A DNA stretch of 64,000 bases, taken from Takakia lepidozioides (lineage: Eukaryota; Plantae; Bryophyta). Positions 11,281-22,100 of the stretch are shown here, one piece after another. Location of the stretch: NCBI GenBank assembly GCA_030704615.1, contig CM060732.1, positions 42,098,001-42,162,000 of the forward strand. Reading direction: 5' to 3'. The notes beneath the pieces are model-generated. The model worked only from the letters and a program-made list of their open reading frames with translations. It was not told the DNA's origin and ran no database searches. The position numbers and the translations under genes are program-made. How positions within the stretch are numbered: position 1 is the stretch's first letter; each line of letters begins with the position of its first letter.

Positions 11281-11982
11281 TCACTGCAAATCCCATAGCA
11301 AGAGGCATTTGACCTTTGGGTCATTATAAGGTCGACATCCTATGGGTTTTTCCACGTTGAATATATCAGCGTCTTTTCCGGATAACCGCAACTCTTCCAG
11401 GTGCGGTTTGAGTTCATCCAGAAGAAACTTGTCCTTGTATGGGTCAACGAGCGCTTTATATTTTGGAAGGAAGATACCCATCGACTTTGGGTTCAAGTAG
11501 GACTTATACATATTTTCTACAGTGTTGATAAGAAGTGTGTTTGATTTGTACGCTACATTGTCGACTACAGTGAAAAGGTCGTAGAGACGTTTAAGATATA
11601 TTGGCGCTCTCGGATATTTGGGCCATTCGTCACTGAAAGTCTGTCTATGCTTCACGCAGTTTTCATTGCTGAATTCCCTAACCTTTTAAAACCTTCTTCC
11701 AAACAAAGCCAGCCCTATATCCAGGACATTTTCTAACGGTCCAGTGTTCCAAAAGTAGACCTTAAAATGCTTAAGGATCCATTTCAGGAAGTCGTCCACC
11801 CCATTTCGGACTGCAAGCTTGAATTTTCCAGCGCACACACAAGGATGGGTTGCGGGAGGGGATCTCAGGCCATCTCGGAGGTAAACCTCACCAAGGTAAC
11901 CGACGTCAAGAACTAGGACGTAGTATCCTGGTCGACATCCTTTCGGTCCCTCAGAGAGGTGATACCAATCATGTGGGTTCAC
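11281..11982 (-). pseudogene. FCP1/NIF-homology domain gene 3 (one in-frame stop)
   Basis: VLVLDV, VRNGVDDFLKWILKHFKVYFW, YLKRL, SNTLLI and KSYLNP. ORFs 11686-11982 and 11281-11655 are in the same frame. Confidence 0.6.
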
Positions 11983-12464
11983 AGATTTGTGATAGTCGAT
12001 TGGAGGGTGAATTATATCATCTTGTGGAATAACAAAATAATTAATTTATTTTGAAAACTAGAACGTCATTTTTGTGCGGGTGAACCAAGGGATCCACTCC
12101 TCCCTTATCCTCACACCCAAAACCCTAACCACAGACTTAAGGGTGAACGAAGAACACTAGTGTACTTTGTAGATTTGTCAAGAGCAATAGAAGTTAGAAC
12201 ATAATGCGATGGCCCAACACTACGGCATCAATCCAAGTGGATCAATGCACCATGTAGTATTGTGCTTTTCGGCAGTGGCTCTGGTGGAAGCCACAACAGC
12301 AAACGGTCCGCACCCTCCTCTTGGGCTTACACTCTTGCTCAAGGAATAGAGAACATTCACTCGCCACAAAATTGTTTGCCACAAAAGAAGTGAGGGGCAT
12401 TGTGACACCTTATATACCCTCCAGCCTCCAAGCTTCACACGCTCGACGAATCAGAATCCAATGT

Positions 12465-13387
12465 TGCGACCGCTCCAGGTCGCACGGGGAAGTCGCATGT
12501 TATTTAAAAAAAAAAACTGCTGCGACCACCCTTATGCTGGTGGTCGCAGATATCAAAAAACAGAAAATTGCTGCGACCACCCCCCTGCTGGTGATCACAC
12601 CTATTAAAAAAAAGAAAAATGTTGCGACCACCTCCATGCTTGTGGTCACAAAGATTATTTAAAAATAAATAAAAAAATTGCTGCGACCACCCCCTGCTGG
12701 TGATCGCACCTATTAAAAAAACAGAAAAATGCTGCGACCACCCCATGCTGGTGGTCGCAGATATTAAAAAATAGAAAAATGTTGCGACCACCCCCCTGAT
12801 GGTGGTCGCACCTATTACAAATAAAATAAAAATTGTGCGACCATCAGTAGCGGTGGTCGCAACTGTTTAAGAAAAGAAAAAATGCGACCACCCCTGCTGG
12901 TGGTCGCATCTATTTTTAAAAAACAAAAAAAGTTGCGACAACCCCTCTGCTGATGGTCGCAACTATTAAAAATTAAGATAAATTCTGCGACCACTACCAT
13001 TTGGAGGTCGCACCAATTTAACAATAATGATTTTAAAATGACCTCAAATATTGGCGGATGGAATAATTTATAAAACAATTCATTCACTTGCCAAAGCGTC
13101 GCTTGGAATACAACGTGTCCACCTACGTGACATATTTTTCACCTAACTCATGTTTTACTGATTTTTCGGCAAAACTGACGTGACGTTGGTCGCGTCAGCG
13201 TCAGGTGCGACGTGACGTGACGTGATGTCACTGACGTGTGCAACCCTACCCCATCCATCGGTAAATAGCGACGACATTCTAGCGACGCCGTTGCGACGGG
13301 CTTGCGAAAAAGGGTCCCTCCCCCCTCCCCAAAAAGGGGGCTTTAGCAACGCCGCGGCGTGGCTAAACCCCCCTATTTGCAGTATTG
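12465..13387. mobile_element. CACTA/EnSpm-like terminus with subterminal palindrome array
   Basis: About 10 units of TGCGACCA-N-TGGTCGCA at ~50-bp spacing (12521-13012), T(A/T)GCGACG motifs, and a terminal palindrome TTTAGC...GCTAAA. Read inward, the end is CAATACTGCAAATAG, resembling CACTAC-type ends with one mismatch. It cuts Gypsy RNase H at KHF|. Confidence 0.65.
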
Positions 13388-14760
13388 TAAAATGCTTAAC
13401 CCCAAAGATAACCGCAAGACCTTCCTTGTCTGTAATACTATAATTACGCTCATGACGATCTAGCCTTTTGGAAGCATAGGCTACAACCTGCTCCTTCCCA
13501 TCTCTCTTCTGGCATAAAATAGCAGAGATAGCCATATCTAAAGCATCAGTTTGCAAAAGAAAGGGCTCATCAAAGTTGGGAAAAATGAGCACAGGGGGCT
13601 GTGGTCAAAGCAACTTTGAGCTTTTCAAAGGCACGATGCTCATGATCACTCCATAAGAACCTGACATCCTTACATAACAAACGTGTCAGTGGCACAACAA
13701 TCTTAGCAAAATGCATGATAAAACGTCGATAGTAGGATGTCAGTCCAAGAAAGGCCCTAATATAATTTTTGTCCTTGGGAGTTGGATAATCCCAAACTGC
13801 GGCAATCTTAGAGGGATCAGGACTTATACCAGCAGCGGACAACAAATGACCAAGAAAGCGTAACTTAGATATACAGAGATCACATTTTTTTGCCTTTACC
13901 TTTAACCCAGATGCTCGTAACCTGCATATGACTCTTCGAAGATCCACCATGTGAGCCTCAAAACTAGAGAGTATACGTTAATGTCATCCACATAAACCAG
14001 GGCACACTCCCATCGAAGATTATGTAGCACTATATCATCAGGGCATTGAAAGGTTGTAGTGGCATTAGAAAGCACAAATGGCATGGTCTCAAACTGAAAC
14101 ATCCCATTTGCAGGTTGAGGCAGGCAGTTTTTCTTCGGCTGAGTCTGTCAAAGGCACTTGCCAGAAACCATCAGCCAAATCCTGTGAGGAAAAAATGGTG
14201 GCTCCATTCAGTTGGTCAAGGGTTTCGTTGATTCGAGGTAAATGATAGACATCCTTTTAGTTTAAAGTATTCAAACGTCTGAAGTCAACACAGAACCGGG
14301 TGGAACCATCCTTCTTTGCAACCAAGACGATGGGACTGGCCCAAGGTGATACCGAAGGCTTGATGACATCAGAGTCTAACATCTTTTTCACCTCTTCTTG
14401 CATGATTCTCCTCTCCGTTCCACTCTCTCGATAGGCATATTGTTTGATAGGTCTAACCTTCAGTCACAATGTCATGAGAAAGCACAGAGGTCCTGAGAGC
14501 CCTGACTGAAGACATCAAGATTTTCCTTAATGACAGAATAAAAACTGACTTTATCAACTTCAGTCAGACCAGAGCCCATCAATCACCACAGCAGCAAAAT
14601 GAGCCTCTAGTTCCTTGGTGAGAGGTGTTACCTTGGGTGCAGCAACCGATTGAGACAATAAGACTAAATGATCCACTGGATCATCAACCAACCCAAGATT
14701 TTGCAACGTTAGGCACTCTGAATTTCTGAAACATCGTTTAGGGCAATGGTTGAAAGACGA

Positions 14761-15008
14761 GGGCAGAAGCATGCTACAGTGGCTCACTTTTGTCCAGTCT
14801 ACTCTAATCTTACTCTCATTTTTCATCTTCAAAACACAACAGCTTTGTTTGGAAACCAATTTTTGGGTGATCTCAAATTAAGTTGATAACAAAAATAAAT
14901 TGCAACACCTAATTTAAAGTTTCTATGAAAAAAGATATAAATGAAAGTAGACTAGTTTAGACTGGACAAAAATTTCGCAAAGTGAGCCACTGTAGCATGC
15001 TTCTGCCC
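14761..15008. mobile_element. 248-bp MITE, 30-bp perfect TIR, 4-bp TSD ACGA
   Basis: gggcagaagcatgctacagtggctcacttt ... aaagtgagccactgtagcatgcttctgccc, with acga at 14757-14760 and 15009-15012. Confidence 0.9.
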
Positions 15009-15012
15009 ACGA

Positions 15013-15300
15013 GCGATTACCTAGCCCTTGCGAATGCGAATGGGAATTCGTTCTGGATTAGCAACCATCAATCTAAGCTCCCCTCTAAAACCTCTATCTA
15101 AAACACCAGAAGCACCCAGGCAGTGTTTCTGCAACATAAGCTTCTTCCAACCCTCTATTTCTATATACCGACCTTGAGGACTAAGAAAAGTGAACCCTGT
15201 GGAGACGATCTTTTGGGAGTATGCAGGGATCTCAAAATCTATAGGGCTCCTCAACAAGGTAGTATTACTTGGTATGGCTAGCGGAGCACCAGTCTTCTTA
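15013..15300 (-). pseudogene. dUTPase-like domain in Gypsy pol, between protease and RT
   Basis: FEIPA..KIVSTG, PQGRY, GVLDRGFRGEL (motif 3) and IRKG*VIARL (motif 4, completed once the MITE is removed). Confidence 0.7.
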
Positions 15301-16262
15301 CCTGGGAGGGGAAGCTGCCACTGATGCAAACACATGGGAGCTGTCTTAGCAAAATCAAAATAGCGTTGTCCATGGTACTGTGTCCAGCAGCCTGCTGTGC
15401 TTCTGTAGCCAAGGTCTTCATTTGGGATAGGTGGGTGTTAGCACAGCCTGTTGGCAAAGTCACATAGTTCAGATGTACCTTGCACGACTTGGCACCCATG
15501 GTGTAGCCACATCACATTGCTAAGAAACATCTATAGTGGCACTGCACCCTTCATCCAGTCAAGACCTAACAATAACTGTTCTCCTAATGTGACAATACAA
15601 GTCAGAACAATAGACTTGCTACTCACCTTCACTGGCACCGTGACCAGGCCAATGGATTGATATGTGGTGCCATCAGCAATGCTGACTGCGATGCGGCCAG
15701 TAGTAGGGGTCAACTTCAAACCCAACAATCTAACAATTGTAAGTGGAATGGTGCAGCCTGGGTGTACTACACATGGAAAAGATAGGTGTCATATATGACA
15801 CTGGGTCATGAGGGGGTGCACACGCTCTCTTCTGAGACTACGATCAGCAGCGCAATGCATCAATTTGAACTCTTGGGATAATACAGCTGTCATGACGGGC
15901 TCTTTGCGCACAGGGTTTGCCACTGGGTGACCGCCTGGCCCCTTTACAGACGGTCTCCTTCGTTTAAAGTTTTTGTCTTCTTTTCCTTTTCATAGTCTTG
16001 AATCATACCAGGAACCAAATTAGCATAGGTGCAAAATCTAGTGTAATGCTCCAGGGACCCACAATTGAAGCACGCAACCCTCTTACCTTTGACCTCATAT
16101 CTCGTGCATGTGTGGGTGTGACCTCAGTGAGATTCGACTCAGTAATACGATATGAACTCACGAACTTGTGCTTATGAAGCATGTGCACGGATTCTCCCGA
16201 GATGCAGCCCGTGCCAGGTCGGAAATGAAGGTGAGATGTGTCCTTGCGTTTGTCAATTCAAA

Positions 16263-17600
16263 ATGCCTGTGACCACTAGAGCTCGTGAGTCTTGGAATTT
16301 TTTTGATGATTTGGATGAGGAAGAGCCGGCCGATGAGGCAAGGGCTGATACTCCAATTCTTCCTGAACCCATGTCCGAGACTATATCTCTAGAGGAGCCT
16401 CTAGGGGCAGACACTGCTAATCATCTGCAAGGGACTCATGCAACCACGTCAGGTACACGCCAACCTTTGATACCCAGGGTATCTGTGATGCTATGACCAC
16501 ACTGTCAAGTTGTCCTACGTGGTTGTACAGTTGTTTTAGACAAAAATTAGATGAGTGGCGCCCGTTACCAAGGCAAAGGACCCTCAACGTTCTCACAAAC
16601 GTCCATATCCAGAGTATGAGGTGGGTCAATACTTGAGGAATTGTCTCAACTTCTTCGAAATGAGTGTGGAATTTAATGAACTGCCTGCTACGATGGTGAC
16701 CAATTCCTGTTGTTTTTGCCTAAAGGCTGAGGCTCGTGATCTATTTGAAGCCAGTATTAAGGATCAAGGTGAGCTAAGATGGGGAGTGGCCAAACAGTTG
16801 GCACTTAAATTATTCAGGTATGATACACCAATCAACTACACTATACCAGACCGGCCTTACAAAACTGGTGAGAGCATCTGGAAGTATTACACCGCCTCAA
16901 TCTCCACATCAGTAAGGCTATACCCCTACCACTGAACGCAGTGCTGTTCTTTAAGACCTACTTACACTGGTTTGCCTGCTACCGAGTGAAAAGACATATA
17001 TGGTTGAAATGATGGACGAGCGAATGAGGGGTTGAGAATTGCCAAACAGGGTAATGTTGGGCCTGCAATAGCTCATTCTTCTATGATGCATGGGGCTGAA
17101 TGTACTAATGGGGTGTCCATTACCAAAGGTGGATCTGCAGAGTGGTCTCTTGCTTTGTTAGATGAGATAAAAATGGTCCAGCAGGAGCTGCATAGTCAGC
17201 TCTAGGCCTTTGAACTGACAGTCCTTGGTGCACCGCCTCTGGCAAGCCCGAGCAATCTTAAGCCAAAAGGACACGCGGGACGGAATGAGCGAATGATCCT
17301 TCCTTGGCCAAAAGGTATGCACGGGATAGTTGTGACCACGGCGTTGGGAAGACTGAAGGCCACCCTCTCAGCACGAAAATCAGTACCAGGAACGATGAGG
17401 ATGTCGTTCTCAGTATTTGGAAAGCGAGAAACTGGAAGGCCCACTACATGATCCTCCCAAGACAACTCGACATTGTGCTCAGGTTTCCAGAGAGGGGTAG
17501 TTGTTAGCCCAAACAAGAGAGCCCGCCTCAAACAAAAACTCCCAGAGCCTGGACTGGACTCGGTCGGTGGGTGGAAAGAAAGCAGCCCAAGCTCAACGGT
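16263..17600 (+). mobile_element. Nested, opposite-strand gag-like remnant of a second retroelement
   Basis: MPVTTRARE start, acidic low-complexity linker, then a capsid-like FFE...FCLKAEARDLFE...W..AKQLALKLF segment. It replaces the gag-PR junction of the host Gypsy. Confidence 0.4.
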
Positions 17601-18153
17601 GACTTCACCAGCAACTGTGAATTGCGGCACCCCCAGCTCGGGCCAATCAGGAGGTCTCACCAGCAAGTAGGCGGCCCTTACTACCGAAAGAGGAAGCTTG
17701 TGGTCAATTTCTGCAGCGTAGAGGCATTGGAGAAGTTTGGATGCTCTGGCACCTTGCAGTGCCTCAATGACTTTGCGGCGTTGCTCAGCAGCCTCCTTTT
17801 TGTTACGCGTATAGCTTCAAGGCCCTCCTTGGTAGCTGTGAGCTCGAACTCGCGAACCCAATGATCTGAGGGCGGTGTCTAAAACCAGCTCAGGCCGCTC
17901 AAATGGTTCACCCACATGGAGGATAGTCCACCTCCACAATGAGCTTGGGATCAAGAGTCACGCAACACCCAGCAAGACTGCTTCAAAGTTACCCGCTGGT
18001 GTCTCCTAATACGCGTTGAGCTCAGCTTCAGTGGGAGTGCGCGATGAAGATGCCATTGTTGTGACGCTCAAGAACACAGTGAATCACGAAGACACAAGTA
18101 AGCACGACAGTAGCTAGAAGCAAACACAAACATACATTGGAAGGCGCCGCCAT

Positions 18154-18741
18154 TGTCACACCGTCAGCCTACTTCTACTTGTCGTACCAACAGAGAATGT
18201 CCAGGTGATGATTGACAGAGTCTTGCGACCTTCTCACCAAGATTCTGGCGCCCATCAAAGATTCTCTTCTCTGGGGTGAGGCGCTTAAAGTGGGAATATA
18301 GCTACGGTAGAGCGAGCATGCATAGGATGAGGGATCTTACTCTAGAGGACTGCAGATCCTAAGGGACAATTCCCCAGACTTAATCACACACCATACATTG
18401 AGACAATTTCATCAACGCAGGTACACACAGAGATGAACACTCCAAAACCAGCACACCAGGGCTCAAGTCCCCCTTGATTAAATAGTCTTTTCATCCTTCA
18501 TCTGCCTGGCCAGATGGCTGTCACTCATTGGCTCCTCATATTGTTATCCAGATGTCGTAACAGATAGGCCGCCAACAAGGCTGTTGTTTAATATACTACT
18601 ACCGGTTAATATAAGACAAGTTTACAGGCTCATCACTGACACATCCGTTGTAACCGTCACCTAACAGTCACCTTCATCCCCGCAGAGTCATAACATTCAT
18701 TGATGGGGAATAAAGACTAGAGAGGAATCCGGTCCTTCACA
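18154..18741 (-). repeat. Putative 5' LTR (588 bp) with adjacent PBS
   Basis: Minus strand reads TGTGAAGG...GGTGTGACA, then A-TGGCGGCGCC (PBS-like TGG), then gag. No partner LTR is in the window. Confidence 0.6.
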
Positions 18742-19187
18742 TCCCCTTTAACAAAAAAAAAAGAAAAAAAAAAGGGTCTAAGCCACCAAGATGATGAACA
18801 TTTCTGGCACTTACATTGGTAGTACAGTTTAGATTTGTGACTTTGCAAGATTGCCTTCAGAATGGAACAGGAGCAACTTAAATGACTCAGATGCTCAAGG
18901 AATTGAGCATAAATCCATCTCAGTATAGCTCGAGCGACACTACTGTCACAGCATCCATCTAAAAATGGTCTGGACTGGAATCATTCATGTGTGACATGGC
19001 TCCACAAATAGCTCCCTTCTTCACTTGTGTACACTTCCACTGGAAGTCAGATAAGTCAACACAACGCAAATGCTTGACCTGGCACAGGGGCTTAAGGCTA
19101 GCATCAAATCTTGTGGATAATACAGCCCCCGTACGATCAGATGAACTTGTGATGTCACTAAAAGGAACAAAACATTTGGCAAAACCG

Positions 19188-22100
19188 TCAAGTGCCAGAA
19201 GCCTTCCGCTTATGTCCGGCGACCGGAGGTAGCCCTGCTCTGCTTGCAGTGTAATTTGCTCTGCCAGAACCAGAACGTCTTTCAGGAAAATGCCTCAGAT
19301 ATATGGCTTTCATTTCAAGAAAGAACTTGATGGGCATTGGCAAGAAAGAGCTAATGTACGCAACAAACCTGACTAGGAAGGCTCTAGCTAATAGCAGGAT
19401 TAGAACATATCCATAACATTCAACCGTGCTAAAAGATCTGACTGCACTGGTTATAACACCTGGTGTTAACCTACGTTCAACCCTGAGACATCTACCCTGG
19501 GAACAATTTAAAGCTCTTCTTAGAGACACATAAGAACTTAGTTGGGAGGGCAACATGTACCCGCAAGTGGAGCAGCTATTGTGATGCTTGCAAAAAATTG
19601 AGAGACAAACCGAGCATACAAAGCCCATGTCGATAGTCTTCTTATGGCAAAAACACCTGCCTTCCCCATGAATAGAGTCAACATCAGCCTATCAAATCGA
19701 GAGGCATTGATAATAAAATGTCATCAATGAAAAGTAATGATAAGGCTTCAATTGCATCTTTATCGCCACCTTGAAGAGCCAAACATATATGACATGAGAT
19801 AAATGATGAGCCCCACTATATTATAAGTACAAGGAGGCAGAAGGGAGGGGTGGGTGGAGGTGAGGAGGAGTACGAAGCTCGAAAGTCTACACCAACCGGT
19901 CGTGGAAGTTGCAAAAATCGGCGTGAGTGTAGGTCTGTGGCAAACACCATCTGGGATTTTCCCACATTTGAATGAGTTCTTCGGGTCACACCAATTCTAT
20001 ACCGTTCCACCCTTTCCCATGGTAAGACTCATGAAGTCTTGTTCGTCATTCAATTTACATTTCGACAAATCTAACAGAGGGGCACGTGGTTCAAGCAGAT
20101 AGTTTTGTACACAAAAAGGGAAACCATGAAAGAGAAGTAAGAAAGTAAGAAGCCCAAAGGCCCAGGGCATGAATAGAACAAAACAGGAGGAGTGACACTT
20201 CTCCCCCTTCAGGAAAAGTGGCCCATAAACTTAGGCTGAACAAAGCACCAAATTGATTGCACTAACAAAAGCATGTCAAGAGGTCATAGTGAAGCTCCAC
20301 CATGTCGCCCACATAACTACAGTCAGAAAGCACCCCTGGGCTTCAAAAGAGATTTTCCAGGCACTACCCAAAATAGCCTGCAGAATTGAGCTACACCAAA
20401 AAAGCCCTGTAATGGCTATACCGTTAGATACTCAAAAAGGCCTTCCAGTTGAGGAGGCTTCATGTAGATCCCTCCAGTAATATGTGATGCCTGCACATGG
20501 CCAACACAATACACTCTTGCGTAACTTCAGCCATGGACCCTGATCGTTATTGTCATCCACCAGCATGAGGAAAGCAACAGGAGTACATTTTTCCTAAGGA
20601 AGAATTTAAGTTAGAGATGTTACCTGAACTCAAATGTAATAGAATTCTCGATTCAGAGCGGTAGAACTTGTCATTTTCAATGAGTAAGAAGATACCAATG
20701 GAGAACTTGAAGAAGCTGGAACCGTGTGCAAAGAAAGGGTATGTACCTGCTGCAGAAAAGCCGCGTGCTGACTTCCAACAACACAAGCATCTATCGGAAC
20801 CTGGCAGCAACGCAAGGGTAAGTGTGGCTGCAAAGTGGGCCATTTTCAAGAAGTCTGATGCCGACCTTTTTCCCAAGGCTCAGAATTTAAGCAATGGGGT
20901 AAGCTGAAGCCCCTACCAGCAGCCTGGTCAAGCAACCTCCAGCCCAATGGTTCACTACAATATCTGCTGGAAACTGCTACAAAACACAGCCTAGAGGCAC
21001 ATGCCCCAACATGGACTGATTTGGGTTGCTGGAGTTATAACAGTCTGGTCTTTAAGAAAGCACCAGTTCCAAACGGGGGCTACAAACATATCAATTATAT
21101 GACAAAACAGAGGTACACGTTACCAAGCAACGTTGTGCCGAGAAGATGGAGTTCATGACTGCAATGTATCTGCCATCATCACCACGAGGAAGATGTCAGG
21201 ATCCAAAACATTCGGTTCCTGTAAAAACCAAGGTTCTGCCAGTCCAATTTGCACTCCCTATGGTATAGTGGGCACTATCAATCATAATAGTGTAAGTGGC
21301 TGATTGCCATTCTGCAACGGGGTTTGGTGTGGTGGTGGACACTGATAATTCATCACGCGTGAAGTTCAAATGTCCTGGCTGATAAAAACTCTAGGGTGGT
21401 TTCTATCACCTGGGTCAAGTGGACCTACTATTGAGGTCCATGACTAATACCCAAGATCACCGGGAAAAAAGCTATGGACCCTCACCTTGGTCTTCCCATG
21501 GTCATTAGAGTCATGCCAGTCCAAGCTGACCAAATTCCCCTTACCCTTTGCAGCACTCCCCAAGCACACTCTACTCATCTTTTGAGGGCACTCTTGATCA
21601 GACTTGAAATGTGAAAATTTGGAAGAGAAAAAAAGAAAAAAAGCTGCAACCTACTTACTGTTGAGGAGCATCGGGTGAACCTTGCAGACACAGTATCTGT
21701 GAGGCAAGCATCTCGTTAGGAAGCCCACCATGTCATGTTCACCATCTCTGCCATCTCACCAGTCAAAAACTTCAAGACTAGTCCCTGCGGATGGTTTGGA
21801 AGTTGGTTGGAGAGGCAAGGTCTTCACATAATCTGATTTACCACTGTTCTCCCTGAGCGGGTAATTTTTCTCCCACGAATGAAAAGGATAAACATCTGTG
21901 GCACTTTCTTGTTACTCAGGACTCTTTGACAAACTACAGTGCTAATCAATCATGATATCACAAGCAATTTCAGAACAAGCACGCTTAAGGTGCTCACCAA
22001 AATAAGGCCTCAAGCTAGTATCTATGTCTACCTCCTTGTCAAGATCCTGAGGTCCAAAGAACCCAACCAGTGATAACCTCACATATCTAAGTTTTCGTGA

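Larger units (their letters stand above)
13388..18741 (-). mobile_element. Degenerate Ty3/Gypsy LTR retrotransposon (5' LTR, gag, PR, dUTPase-like, RT, partial RNase H)
   Basis: RT motifs [36 protein letters not shown] and FLGLTSYYRRFI. RNase H motifs LQTDA and VAYASKRL..ERNY. Protease C-terminus LLLGLDWM. Many frameshifts. Integrase and the 3' LTR are absent from the window. Confidence 0.9.

Noticed and set aside
11282-11291. CACTGCAAAT as the partner CACTA end
   Set aside because: Similarity stops after 10 nt, there are no subterminal repeats, and it coincides with the NIF3 stop codon.
1-12000. Endogenous giant-virus insertion (kinase and NIF genes are common in NCLDVs)
   Set aside because: No capsid, polymerase, packaging ATPase or other hallmark gene is seen. 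TE termini and apparent spliceosomal introns are present. A distant viral origin of the cargo is not excluded.
12521-13012. CRISPR-like array of palindromic repeats
   Set aside because: The context is eukaryotic, the spacers are related A-tracts rather than unique sequences, and there are no cas genes. It fits TE subterminal repeats.
13155-13592. 145-aa ORF as a gene
   Set aside because: It is a chimera of Gypsy RNase H and read-through into the CACTA-like end.
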